Below, one piece after another: positions 12,163 to 24,958 of a stretch of DNA of 64,000 bases. The stretch is from Malacoraja senta (lineage: Eukaryota), in contig CM075989.1 of the NCBI GenBank assembly GCA_038087875.1, positions 14,262,001-14,326,000 of the forward strand. Reading direction: 5' to 3'. The translations under genes and the position numbers were made by a program. Positions within the stretch are counted from its first letter, which is position 1, and every line of letters begins with the position of its first letter. A model generated the notes under the pieces. That model was given only the letters and a program-made list of their open reading frames with translations. It did no database searches and was not told the DNA's origin.

Positions 12163-13644
12163 ATAGGGGAACATAATGTATTTCCAAGCTAGTATATTTC
12201 GTCAACTGGGGTTGGTGGCATTCCCATTCACTTGTTGCCCTTACCTTTCTTGATGATAGAGACATCAGGTTTGAGATGTGCTTGAAGATACCTGGAGCTA
12301 TTTGAGTACACTTTGTAATTAGTGCACTCTCCAGCAACAGTGTGCATCAGTGGCGGAGGGACTGCATGCTTGAGGTGGTGGATGGAGTGCCAGTCAAGCA
12401 GGCTGCCCACATTTGTTTCTTTCTAGAGTGCAACCTTCTATGCGGCTGCATATAATGCACTGTGGGCTTTCCAATGTGTGGCCAGAGGCCAGTGAGGATG
12501 TCCTTGAAACTGCAGGCAAACTGGGATTAGTAGCAAGGGTAAATCTGAGCAGAGAAGGGTTAGCAGACAATTGCAGTCGTTTTACAGATGCAGGGGGAGC
12601 GGTATTGCACTTTTCAAACCTGTAAATATGTTCCTGCCTTCACACAAAAATTAAACACTTAATTGGGCACCAGTGTTCCTTATAAACATTGTCACCTTGG
12701 CCAAATGGAAAGAATGTCCATACATGTTGCAACCATTTGTATTGAGAAATTGCATAAAAATTCTGTGATTGAAACTGCAAGCATCATTTAGGTTATTTAT
12801 TGCCTGTCCTTTGATGCCAGTGGAACAAGTAAGGTGGAGCTGTCATGTTTCAGTAGCAGATTAACAGTATCATGGCCATTTGTGCTTTTGGAGTAGTCGA
12901 TGCTCTCAATTCTCCCGTTATTCTGTCCATGGCAGCTGCCTGGTACCAGACAGGTTGGCTGTCTGTGGTCTGGTGCCATAACATTCAGCTGTCTTTCTTG
13001 CCTTTCTCCCGGACCACATTTGAGGTTTATGACTCAATATCCTCTCCATCTAATGTCCAGCTTCATTGCTTCATCCATCTGCAGCTCTGCTGCTCAGACC
13101 TTCTGTGGTTTGTAATTTGAGAATTCTCGTGCAATCTTGGCCAACCTCCTTAAACATGACCAACCAACATGAGGGGGAGAATTTAAAGGAGACAAGGAGG
13201 TTACGTTTTTTACACTAAAAATGGCATGCTCTGCCAAGGGTAATGGTGGAAGCAGATTATGATAGTGGTGTTTAAGAAGCCTATAGATAATCACGGGCAT
13301 ATGCAGTTAATGAAGGACACAAATCATGTGCAGTCAGAAGGGATTAGTTTACCTTGGCATCAAGTATGGCATAGATATCGTAGGCCAAAGGGCCTGACCC
13401 TGCGCTGTGCTGTTCTATGTTCTATAACCAACAACCACAAGACTGTCTCACTTCTCTTTTGAAGGACTCCTTAAAATACACATCATCTCCATATGGAAAA
13501 GTGTCACCTTTTCTTTGCTGAGGTTCCTTGAAGTTCTTGCCACTTCAGAGGCACTATATGATTATCAGGTCAATCAAAAGCAGAAAATACTGGAAACACC
13601 TGGCAGGTTGGCAGCATCTGTGGAAGGAGAAAAGGTTAAGTTCA

Positions 13645-14000
13645 TAAGTCATAGGAGCAGAATTAGTCCATTTGGCCCATCAAGTCTACTCCACCATTCT
13701 ATCATGGTTGATCTATCACTCCCTATCAATCTCATTCTCCCGCCTTCTCCCCATAACCTCTGCCATCCTTACTAATCAAGAATCTGTCAGTCTCGGCCTT
13801 AAAAATATGCATTGACTTGGCCTCCACAGCCATCTGTGGCAATGAATTCTACAGATTCACCACCCTCTGACTAAAGGAATTCCTCCTCATCTTTCTAAAG
13901 GTACATCCTTTTATTCTGAGGCTATGGGCACTGGTCCTAGACTCTGTCACTTGTGGAAACATCCTTTCCACATTCACTCTATCCAGGCCTTTCACTGTTC
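13645..14000 (-). mobile_element. CR1 LINE 3' fragment
   Basis: Antisense of the CR1 3' end (tggcctccacagcc…agattcaccaccctctg), related to 18.3-18.7 kb. Confidence 0.75.
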
Positions 14001-15486
14001 GTTAACGCACGGATCTCTTCATCCGAAATATCAGCTTGTATATTCATATTGAGCCTGCTTTTCCTTTGTCTGGAAACAGTTGTGCATTGCATTGTTATAT
14101 TTGGCATTTGATTCTTTTTTTCAACTTTTTGTTTAGTACACCTTCAAAGCGTCTTTTGTTCTTGGAAGAATGGATACCTTCCTCTGTTTCTCTGACCAAG
14201 TATATATTCACTGTAGATTTATCAAACTGCTCTCTGAACTGAATTGAGTTAAATCCTCAGCTTTTATGTTTTTTTTATATCTGTGCCAAAATCTTTTACT
14301 GAGCAACAAGCTCTGATGACTAAATCTGCCCATTTTCTTGTCTCAGCATGGAAACTCTTATTTTCTATCTGGAAAATTACAGCAATTCCATTTTTAAGCC
14401 ACATGAATATCAACATGTCTAAAGAATCCAATCGCTTTACATCAAGATTAGAAATAAAATGTGATGCTTGATTATCATTAGGTCTAAGATGTTACTGCAT
14501 CATTTGCTATGGAGCTGGTCACTATTAGTTTGAAAATTACTTCAGACACTTAAGCAGAGAAATCAAAAGCATTCTTTATAACTTTCTCCTTTATTTATTA
14601 TCTTGGTCTTTCTAGCTAATCTATATTCAAACCTTAGAAGTGTCATAATTCCCCAATTCAAAGTAAAATTGGCTCTAATCTTGTCCTATCTTGCTTGATT
14701 CACATACTTATAATGTAAGGTACAATAAAATGGGGTTTCTTTATTATATTCTGCCATAAATTCGATAATGTCTGTGGTGTGATTGATAGCAATGACAACA
14801 ATCGTTGGAATCAGTATATTTGAAGCTTTTCACATTTGAGATTATCGATGTAGGTCAGTTGAAGATGTTAGTCTGGGATGTGCATATGTTTGTGCATTCG
14901 TGGAATCAGTGATTGTAATTCCTCACCTAGATCTCTGTTTAGCTGCTGTTCCATGTGTAATCATAAAACAGCTTAAGCACAGCACAGCTAAGTGCAGCTG
15001 AAAAACATTGTAACATCACTTTCACCAGATATAAAAATCATATGATTTCTTAAGTCAACTACAGACCACAACATAGGTCATTTATGTACAAAGGATGAAT
15101 ATCAGAACCCTTTCCTCTTTCTAGAACCCAATTTTCCCTAAAATCAATTCACAGAAGCCAGCAAAGAAAGAATAAGTTGCTTCAAAGTTCCACGGAGAAT
15201 AGTGAATTTGTGTTCAATATATTCTTCGGTCTGTTTCCGGTGCCGAGTGTTTATTTTCTGTTGATTAGTACTGCCACAAATGCAGTGTAGTCATGCTGTA
15301 GTTCCAAGTGTGCTTCCAGAGTTTGATTCTGTTGACCTCAGCGCGTTCAGACATCAGCAAGAGAAGTGATGGAGCTGGATGGAGCAGAAATGCTGCAGGT
15401 CCGAGTAACTGCCATTTGGACTGGCATCCCCAGGGTCATTATTCGAGAGGGTGAGCTCTCTCAGGTGTTGTCGGTGACATCGCAGG

Positions 15487-16657
15487 CAGGGCCGGCCTTA
15501 AGCAGATTGGACCAATTGCTCCCAATTGGGCCCCGCGCCTAAGGGGGCCCCGCGCCAGAGTAATCTACTCTCAGCTCAGGTAGATCTACCCCAGGTAGAG
15601 GGGGGAGAGAGGGATGGAGAGAGAGTAGAGACGGTCCAGGGGCAGCGCTCCCGCCCCTCCAGTCGCCGTGCTTCACGCACACAGCCCCGGCTCCCCCCCC
15701 TCTCTCTCCCCGGGAAGACGCGGTAAACAATACAGGGAGGGCCGGGCCGGGGGTTGGAGCAACGTATACAAACCTTGGCCTCAGCTCACACCCGTCCGCC
15801 CGGACCCCGGCATCCGCTCCCGCCCCCGGCCCTCTCCCTCCCTTCTCTCCTCCCCTTCTATCCCTCCCTTCCCTTCTTCCCTCCCTCCCTTCTCTCCTTC
15901 CATCCCTCCTTCCTCTCTCTCTTTTCCCTTCGCTCCTTCCCTCCCTTCTTTCTCTCCATCCTCTCTCTCTTTTCCCTTCTCTCCTTCCATCCCTCCTTCC
16001 TCTCTCTCTTTTCCCTTCGCTCCTTCCCTCCCTCCCTTCTTACTCTCCTTCCCCCTCCTTCCCCCTCCCTTCTTTCTCTACTTCCCTCACTCCCTTCTCT
16101 CCATCCTCCCTTCTCTCCCTCCCTCCCTTCTCTCCCTCCCTCCCTTCTCTCCCTCCCTCCCTTCTCTCCTTCCCTCCCACACACATCACGCACAGACAAC
16201 TAACACACACACACACAACTAAGTTAGGATGGGGTAGAAGCCCAAAGGGTAGGATGGGGCTGAAGCCCAAAATTTAATGCCTGGATTGGTTTTTCACCAA
16301 TAGTTATTGGTTTTCCAGGATCTAGTTAATTTTTTTTTCTTTTTTCATTTCACAATCACTAAAACAACTGGTATTGTCACTGTGTACTTTTCAGAGGTGA
16401 TCTACACATTTTGTTTGTTACTTGTAGGCTTACATGTATGCAATTTTATATAAAAATGTAGCTTAGATCTGTTTGGTCCATTAACTCGCAGGCACTTTTT
16501 AAGCGCACATTTTGATTACTTTCCATTCTACCATCGAGACATAAAGTCTATAATAGACTTTATTTGTATTTCTATGATTCTACAGACCTTGGCTGGGAAC
16601 CTGGGGCTCACCAAAATTGTTCCCAATTGGGCCCCGCACCTCCTAAGGCCGGCCCTG
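15487..16657. mobile_element. Non-autonomous hAT DNA transposon
   Basis: 14-bp TIR CAGGGCCGGCCTTA / TAAGGCCGGCCCTG; 8-bp TSD atcgcagg / attgcagg (one CpG-type change); subterminal repeat cccaattgggccccgc near both ends. Confidence 0.88.
15828..16178. repeat. ~350-bp C/T-rich low-complexity tract inside the hAT element
   Basis: Almost purely pyrimidine on the + strand, with an internally duplicated block of roughly 60 bp. Confidence 0.9.
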
Positions 16658-18004
16658 ATTGCAGGAACTTTAAAATGGGACCTGAGAATCATGAGCCTTC
16701 CCATTTGGGAGAAGGCTCTGTGTGTGACGATGGGTGCGTCCTAATATGGGCCAGTTCTTGGCTATTAAGCTTCAAGCGGAGGCTCTCAAGGGGGAGATAT
16801 TGAGTTATTTAATACAATTCATGAAACATGGAAAAGTAAGTCGTACAAGTAGGACAAGTAGATCTGTGGTTGGATTAATTTAAGGCAGCATCAGAACATT
16901 AATGTCTAGAAACTCTGCACCAAACAGCATCGTTCAACATGCTGACTATTCCATTGGAAGTAGAGTCCAACACTGTGATGCTAATTTATTGTCTTTAGCG
17001 CAACCATGTGAAGATTACATTTTAAGCTGATTCCAGGCAGAGCAGTGGAGGTTTGAAGAAAATGTTTCATGTAAAAAACATACAATGTCCAATGAATTTT
17101 TATGGTCTTTCTGGGCAGGTTGGCCAATTTAGTCTGAATATGTTTCCTGGTTTTGATAGAAGATTTCCCTTTTGGAGAGTGTTCCAATTATACACAGATC
17201 AAAGTCCAATTGAGATTTGACATTGTTGATAATAACAGGTTAGCCAACTAAAAATACACAGCCAAGGCTGGAAGTAGCAGCCAGTGAACTTATCACTGAA
17301 ATCTTCTGTCAGCCATCCAGATACATTCCCGAGTGTTTTAATTGGTTGTGCTGTGCAAGTGTACATCTCTGGAGAGAGGAGAGAACAAAGCACCATCAAT
17401 CCTGGCCTGGCAAAACTAAATACCTTACTGAATTTATTCAAGATATGAACGATTTCTTATTTAGTATTCAGAAAAAAAATCATGCTTTTTCATCTTTGGC
17501 AAAGCACGAAAAGATACTGATCCACAGTTTGCTATTTACCATTCTGAAATGTCACTTTACTGAGTTTATAACAAAGGTTAATCTGAGAGGTTTATTTTAT
17601 TTTATATATGATTCCCAAAGAGTGCCTTGGTACTTGGTAAAATTGGTAAAATGTTATTAAAATTGATGAAATTAATGTAAGTGAAACGGCAAGTGCAAGG
17701 GCTTGGAAATGTTTAAGTGTACATATGTGCAATACATTGGGACTTGCTCACACCACTGGGGTAAAATTCCAACTCACAAGATCCAAGCTATCATGAGATT
17801 TAGCAAATTCAGCATGCTCAAAGGCTAGCCTTGCAGGATAAGTTGAAGATAAGTGATAAATTTCAGGAGTGGTCAGTGAATGGTTTAAGTGACATTTGGA
17901 AGAGTGGAAAATATCCAAGGCAACAGCGGGGTTGTGTTTAGCTCAGGGGGATGGTCAAGGGCTTGTGCTGGGGTCTGAGGGAGATTTGTTGTGCTGGGTA
18001 TATA

Positions 18005-18310
18005 CAGTGCCCTCCATAATGTTTGGGACAAAGTCCCATCATTTATTTATTTGCCTCTGTGCTCCACAATTTGAGATTTGTAATAGAAAAAATCACGTGA
18101 GGTTAAAGTGCACATGTCAGATTTTAATAAAGGCCATTTTTATACATTTTGGTTTCACCATGTAGAAATTACAGCAGTGTTTATACATAGTCCCCCCATT
18201 TCAGGGCACCATAATGTTTGGGACACAGCAATGTAATGTAAATAAAAGTAGTCATGTTTAGTATATTGTTGCATATCCTTTGCATGCAATGACCGCTTGA
18301 AGTCTGAGAT
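18005..18310 (-). mobile_element. Tc1-like transposon remnant: terminal IR/DR plus transposase C-terminus; continues at ~20074-20097
   Basis: TA|CAGTGCCCTCCATAATGTTTGGGACA terminus, inner direct repeat ccataatgtttgggaca at ~18209; minus strand encodes LRLQAVIACKGYATIY*. Confidence 0.8.
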
Positions 18311-20073
18311 TAGATACATAGATACATAGAAAATAGGTGCAGGAGTAGGCCATTCGGCCCTTCGAGCCTGCACCGCCATTCAATATGATCATGGCTGATC
18401 ATCCAACTCAGTATCCCATACCTGCCTTCTCTCCATACCCCCTGATCCCTTTAGCCACAAGGGCCACATCTAACTCCCTCTTAAATATAGCCAATGAACT
18501 GGCCTCAACTACCCTCTGTGGCAGAGAGTTCCAGAGATTCACCACTCTCTGTGTGAAAAAGTTTTTCCTCATCTCGGTCTTAAAGGTTTTCCCCCTTATC
18601 CTTAAGCTGTGACCCCTTGTCCTGGACTTCCCCAACATCGGGAACAATCTTCCTGCATCTAGCCTGTCCAACCCCATAATAATTTTGTACGTTTCTATAA
18701 GATCCCCTCTCAATCTCCTAAATTCTAGCGAGTATAAGCCAAGTCTATCCAGTCTTTCTTCATATGAAAGTCCTGACATCCCAGGAATCAGTCTGGTGAA
18801 CCTTCTCTGCACTCCCTCTATGGCTATAATGTCCTTCCTCAGATTTGGAGACCAAAACTGTACGCAATACTCCAGGTGTGGTCTCACCAAGACCCTGTAC
18901 AACTGCAGTAGAACCTCCCTGCTCCTATACTCAAATCCTCTTGCTATGAAGGCCAACATACCATTCGCTTTCTTCACTGCCTGCTGCACCTGCATGCCTA
19001 CTTTCAATGACTGGTGTACCATGACATCCAGGTCTCGCTGCATCTCCCCATTTCCTAATCGGCCACCATTTAGATAATAGTCTGCCTTCCCGTTTTTGCC
19101 ACCAAAGTGGATAACCTCACATTTATCCACATTATACTGCATCTGCCAAACATTTGCCCACTCACCTAGCCTATCCAAGTCACCTTGCAGTCTCCTAGCA
19201 TCCTCCTCACAGCTAACACTGCCCCCCAGCTTAGTGTCATCCGCAAACTTGGAGATGTTGCTTTCAATTCCCTCGTCCAGATCATTAATATAAATTGTAG
19301 ATAGCTGGGGTCCCAGCACTGAGCCTTGCGGTACCCCACTAGTCACTGCCTGCCATTGTGAAAAGGACCCGTTTACTCCTACTCTTTGCTTCCTGTTTGC
19401 CAGCCAGTTCTCTATCCACATCAATACTGAACCCCCAATACCGTGTGATTTAAGTTTGTATCCTAATCTCTTGTGTGGTACCTTGTCGAAAGCCTTCTGA
19501 AAGTCCAGATACAACACATCCACTGGTTCTCCCCTATCCACTCTACTAGTTACATCCTCGAAAAATTCTATAAGATTCGTCAGACACGATTTACCTTTCG
19601 TAAATCCATGCTGACTTTGTCCAATGATTTCACCACTTTCCAAATGTGCTGCTATCCCATCTTTAATAAGTGACTCTAGCAGTTTCCCCACTACCGATGT
19701 TAGACTAACTGGTCTGTAATTCCCCGTTTTCTCTCTCCCTCCCTTCTTAAAAAGTGGGGTTACGTTTGCTACCCTCCAATCCTCAGGAACTACTCCAGAA
19801 TCTAAAGAGTTTTGAAAAATTATCACTAATGCATCCACTATTTCTGGAGCTACTTCCTTAAGTACTCTGGGATGCAGCCTATCTGGCCCTGGTGATTTAT
19901 CGGCCTTTAATCCATTCAATTTACCCAACACCACTTCCCGACTAACCTGGATTTCACTCAGTTCCTCCATCTCCTTTGACCTGCGGCCCCCTGCTATTTC
20001 CGGCAGATTATTTATGTCTTCCTTAGTGAAGACGGAACCAAAGTAGTTATTCAATTGGTCCGCCATATCCTTG
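18311..20073 (-). mobile_element. Young 5'-truncated CR1 LINE with uninterrupted RT and C-terminal frame
   Basis: NYRPVSLTS, QHGF, YLDFQKAFDKV, GVPQGSVLGP, KFADD; open to the stop at 18408; 3' tail (tatgtatc)n. Confidence 0.95.
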
Positions 20074-20397
20074 GACATCACCAGTTGCTGGGTGTATTGA
20101 TGGTTGGTCCACATGATGTGTTCCCAGAGTTTGACTCTATCACCTGCATTTCCTCAGGCAGCTCTGCCTTTACTTCTTTAGCATAGTCTTTGTGTTGTGA
20201 AGGCCCACTTTTGCACGTGGTGGGTTTTTATTCTTGAGTTCCATAACTACATGCCATTTATCTGCTTATTTCCTGCCACATGCCGCTTGTTGGATTTAGA
20301 TCTTCAGGACTTGATTTGCTGGAAATTTCAGATCTTTCTCGTACCTGTCTTTTTTTTTCTTTCACTCTCTCTTGTTTTTCTTTCTCTCTCTTTTTCT

Positions 20398-20453
20398 CCT
20401 GTCTGTCTGTCTGTCTGTCTGTCTGACTGTCTGTCTGTCTGTCTGTCTGTCTG
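20398..20453. repeat. (TCTG)n microsatellite
   Basis: Read directly. Confidence 0.9.
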
Positions 20454-21420
20454 GACGGTCGAGTCCGTCTCCCCCACCAATCCCACTCTCCTGTCTCGTT
20501 TGCAAAGCTGTTTTGAAATTATTTGTAAAATTAAGTTATTTAGGGACATGTGTGAAATTTGGAACAGGCTGAGTGCTTGCAACTTGCTGGTTTTTTTGGT
20601 GTGAAATTCTGGAATTAGAGGCAATTTGAAACAAAAATGCTCAAGAAAAAAGACAGGCCGTGGCGGTGATGCACCAGAAACTGATCCTCTTCTCAGTTCA
20701 AAGGCTGTTTGAGAGACAGAAATTTATTGAAATTAGTATTTGCAGATTAGCACATTTAAAAAAGAAATTAGAAGCGGTACATTTCCTCGCATAATGTACT
20801 TGAATTAATGGTGAAATTATTTGCGAACATTCTTGTGCTTCATATTTTATGCTTATATTGTAAAATATAGATTTTTCTCATTTTTGAGCTTTGAAAGATG
20901 TTTTTAGGAAGATATTTATTCAGGAAGGGAATGGGCAGAGAAGTGGATGAGGAAAGTGTATCATTTTATTTAATCATGGAGCAGGCTTGAGGGGCTGAAT
21001 GGCCTGCTTCTGTTCCTAATTCTTTACGACTTAAGATTTAGTGCAGTCTTAACAAGTACCTTACATTCTTAGCCATAACTTGGGGATTAGCTCAGTTAAA
21101 TATTGCTGACCATTTAAAAAGCATGGTGTAGCCTTTAATGGTGCCATTCTGCACGTTTGTGCAGTGACTGATATTTTGAGTGTCTAATGCCTGCTGCAGT
21201 ACGTGCGTCAGATGTAAACCTTCCTCAGTCCGAGGAAGGTTTAGCGATTTGGCACACTGGATTACAATTGAAATGAGATGGAAGAGAATTAAAACTGAGG
21301 TAGTGAGCAAGGATTTATTTTATATGATTTTTGGGACCTCCCGGCAACTACATAAGCCTCTGCCACCAATCGGTTAGATCATGACTGATCAGTTCAGCTC
21401 ACTTTCCCAACTTTCCCAGA

Positions 21421-23353
21421 CCAGCAGAGGAGGACAAAGGGCTTAATTAGGAAAGGAAAAATAGATTATGAAAGAAAACTGGCAGGGAACATAACAAACT
21501 GACTGCAAAAGTTTTTATAGATATGTGAAAAGAAAGAGATTAGTTAAAACAAATGTAGGTCCCTTGCAGTCAGAAACAGGTGAGTTGATCATGGGGAACA
21601 AGGATATGGCGGACCAATTGAATAACTACTTTGGTTCCGTCTTCACTAAGGAAGACATAAATAATCTGCCGGAAATAGCAGGGGACCGCGGGTCAAAGGA
21701 GTTGGAGGAATTGAGTGAAATCCAGGTTAGTCGGGAAGTGGTGTTGGGTAAATTGAATGGATTAAAGGCCGATAAATCCCCAGAGCCAGGTAGGCTGCAT
21801 CCCAGAGTACTTAAGGAAGTAGCTCCAGAAATAGTGGATGCATTAGTAATAATCTTTCAAAACTCTTTAGATTCTGGAGTAGTTCCTGAGGATTGGCGGG
21901 TAGCAAACGTAACCCCACTTTTTAAGAAGGGAGGGAGAGAGAAAACGGGGAATTACAGACCAGTTAGTCTAACATCGTTAGTGGGGAAACTGCTAGAGTC
22001 AGTTATTAAAGATGGGATAGCAGCACATTTGGAAAGTGGTGAAATCATTGGACAAAGTCAGCATGGATTTACGAAAGGTAAATCATGTCTGACGAATCTT
22101 ATAGAATTTTTCGAGGATGTAACTAGTAGCGTGGATAGGGGAGAACCAGTGGATGTGGTGTATCTGGACTTCCAGAAGGCTTTCGACAAGGTCCCACATA
22201 AGAGATTCGTATACAAACTTAAAGCACATGGCATTGGGGGTTCAGTATTGATGTGGATAGAGAACTGGCTGGCAAACAGGAAGCAAAGAGTAGGAGTAAC
22301 CGGGTCCTTTTCACAATGGCAGGCAGTGACTGGTGGGGTACCGCAAGGCTCAGTGCTGGGACTCCAGCTATTTACAATATATATTAATGATCTGGATGAG
22401 GGAATTGAAGGCAATATCTCCAAGTTTGCAGATGACACTAAGCTGGGGGGCAGTGTTAGCTGTGAGGAGGATGCTAGGAGACTGCAAGGTGACTTGGATT
22501 GGCTGGGTGAGTGGGCAAATGTTTGGCAGATGCAGTATAATGTGGATAAATGTGAGGTTATCCATTTTGGTGGCAAAAACAGGAAAGCAGACTATTATCT
22601 AAATGGTGGCCGACTAGGGAAAGGGGAGATGCAGCGAGACCTGGGTGTCATGGTACACCAGTTATTGAAAGTAGGCATGCAGGTGCAGCAGGCAGTGAAG
22701 AAAGCGAATGGTATGTTAGCTTTCATAGCAAAAGGATTTGAGTATAGGAGCAGGGAGGTTCTACTGCAGTTGTACAGGGTCTTGGTGAGACCACACCTGG
22801 AGTATTGCGTACAGTTTTGGTCTCCAAATCTGAGGAAGGACATTATTGCCATAGAGGGAGTGCAGAGAAGGTTCACCAGACTGATTCCTGGGATGTCAGG
22901 ACTGTCTTACGAAGAAAGACTGGATAGACTTGGTTTATACTCTCTAGAATTTAGGAGATTGAGAGGGGATCTTATAGAAACTTACAAAATTCTTAAGGGG
23001 TTGGACAGGCTAGATGCAGGAAGATTGCTCCCGATGTTGGGGAAGTCCAGGACAAGGGGTCACAGCTTAAGGATAAGGGGGAAATCCTTTAAAACCGAGA
23101 TGAGAAGAACTTTTTTCACACAGAGCCGTGAATCTCTGGAACTCTCTGCCACAGAGGGTAGTCGAGGCCAGTTCATTGGCTATATTTAAGAGGGAGTTAG
23201 ATGTGGCCCTTGTGGCTAAAGGGATCAGAGGGTATGGAGAGAAGGCAGGTACGGGATACTGAGTTGGATGATCAGCCATGATCATATTGAATGGCGGTGC
23301 AGGCTCGAAGGGCCGAATGGCCTACTCCTGCACCTAATTTCTATGTTTCTATA
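21421..23353 (+). mobile_element. Young 5'-truncated CR1 LINE, same family as 18311-20073, with a late frameshift
   Basis: 554-aa ORF with RT motifs (KFADD); frame diverges after FFTQ (~23120); 3' UTR and tail ctatgtttctat. Confidence 0.95.
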
Positions 23354-23521
23354 TGTTTTGATCCAGAAACCTGGCTTGTCTCATTAAAATGGCTTTTCAC
23401 TAGCTTCCTCATCAGATCCCCCTCTATAATTTTAAACACTTTCATCAATTCACAACCCCCCACTGCCCCCTTTTCTCGAAGCTCTTCAAGTCTGTTTTTG
23501 GGGGAAACGTTAACTTTTCTA

Positions 23522-24278
23522 TGTGGGGGAGGGGGGTAGGGTAAGGGGGAAACTCTTTCCCAGTCGCTTCCTGGTGGGGACGCAACTATTTCTCCAAGTC
23601 GCGTCCTCGCCCCCCTCCTCGCGGCCTACCACCTGGATTGGAGCGGCCTTTCCTGCCGGGGGCCGGGAACCGGACCAGAGCTGCAACAGCGGCGGCGCAG
23701 CGCTGAATTCACCGCGGAGCGGGCGATGCCGACCTGGATCGCCATTTGGAGCTCCGGAGCGTTGGGCTGCTGCTCCAACATCGTGGAGCTGTGGTTTGAG
23801 AGAGTTTCCAGCGCGGCCGGTGCTGAACAACATCGTGGAGTCCTGGGGCCCTTTACCGAGGGCCGCCAGCATTGAATCTCCGCCCAGCATGGCCTGCGGA
23901 CTTTGGGAGCCGCGGACTCCGGTAGGAGGTGGCCGACTCTGATGTCCAGGCCGCTGAGGTCCCCCAGCCCCGACGTCGGACTTACATCACCCCGGCGAGC
24001 GGGCCTGAACATCGGGCCGCCCGTAGCGGCGACTGCGGTGGGCTCGGGGAGGCCCCGAACACGGGTGAACATTGGGGAACATTAGAGGAAGATGACTGAC
24101 TTTGGTGCCTTCCCTCACAGTGACTAACTTTGATTCTGCTGTGTAGGGATGTTTTATGTTGAACTCTATCGTGTGTTGTGTTCTTTATTTTTATTGTATG
24201 GCTGTATGGTGACCACACATTTCACTGTGCCAACTGGCACATGTGACAAATAAATGTATCTTGAATCTTGAATCTTGA
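23522..24278 (+). mobile_element. GC/CpG-rich non-coding retroposon with LINE-like 3' tail
   Basis: Abrupt GC-rich block ending …atgtgacaaataaatgtatcttg(aatcttg)n; the tail resembles the Rex1-type 3' UTRs in this window. Confidence 0.55.
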
Positions 24279-24874
24279 GCTCTTGAAATATGACCTAAGT
24301 TTATGCACCTTATCATTATTTAACTCGTATCCTCCAAAAACCAATATATTCTCGTCCAGAGTCAGTCACCATATTCCATATGGGATCTGATCAATGCCTC
24401 ATGCAAAAGAAACATCTCCTCACTTTTGAATTCAACTCCCTTGAGATAAGCCCATCAGCCCATCAATTATTTGCAGCCATCATTTGATGCGAATGACTGG
24501 ATGAGCTGGTCCTGCCTCCAACTGTTCCTCTGCCCATTAAATCTCCAACACTAATTTGCCTGTTGCACGTCCACTTTGCCTTTTAAATTAATTTCACTTA
24601 GTGTTTTTAGTGCATTTAGTGTTTCTGGCCAAGGATGGTTTTCCAGGCAAGCCATTTCTCGGGAAAATGAGAATCTACAAAACCCATAAGGCCAAACAAA
24701 ATGTAATTATCACTGCTATCAGTTAAAATGTCACTTAGTCATCATTGCATTTGTCCTAAATTTTCCGTGACCTTTAGTGGAATGGTGGTTGGTAAATATC
24801 CTCATTACACATGGCTCCAACCTCCACTGTTGATGATCTCCAAGCACGTATCTCTGGCGGCTTCTTTAACTCCG

Positions 24875-24958
24875 ATTTGAAAGACCCGAAACACCCAATG
24901 ACCCCAGGTTACGTCACTGATGATGTGTTCAGGAGCATCTAGAGATGTATTTGTATCA
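24875..24958 (+). mobile_element. Possible 3' end of an R2/Hero-type LINE
   Basis: ttgaaagacccgaaacacccaatgaccccaggttacgtcactgatgatgtg resembles fish Hero 3' UTRs from memory only. Confidence 0.3.

Noticed and set aside
15668..16270. Pro/Ser-rich and Glu/Gly/Arg-rich ORFs
   Set aside because: Translations of a C/T low-complexity tract inside a hAT element.
18408..20114. Domesticated or autonomous reverse transcriptase gene
   Set aside because: No endonuclease domain or ORF1; an open frame is expected for a recent 5'-truncated CR1 copy.
18311..23353. Twin-priming inversion or one large TIR transposon
   Set aside because: Both arms include the same 3' end and tail, differ at many positions and are truncated at different points.
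23519..24218. Overlapping 120-150 aa ORFs; possible CpG-island promoter
   Set aside because: GC-rich sequence is naturally stop-poor, there are no recognisable domains, and the block ends in a retroposon-type tail.
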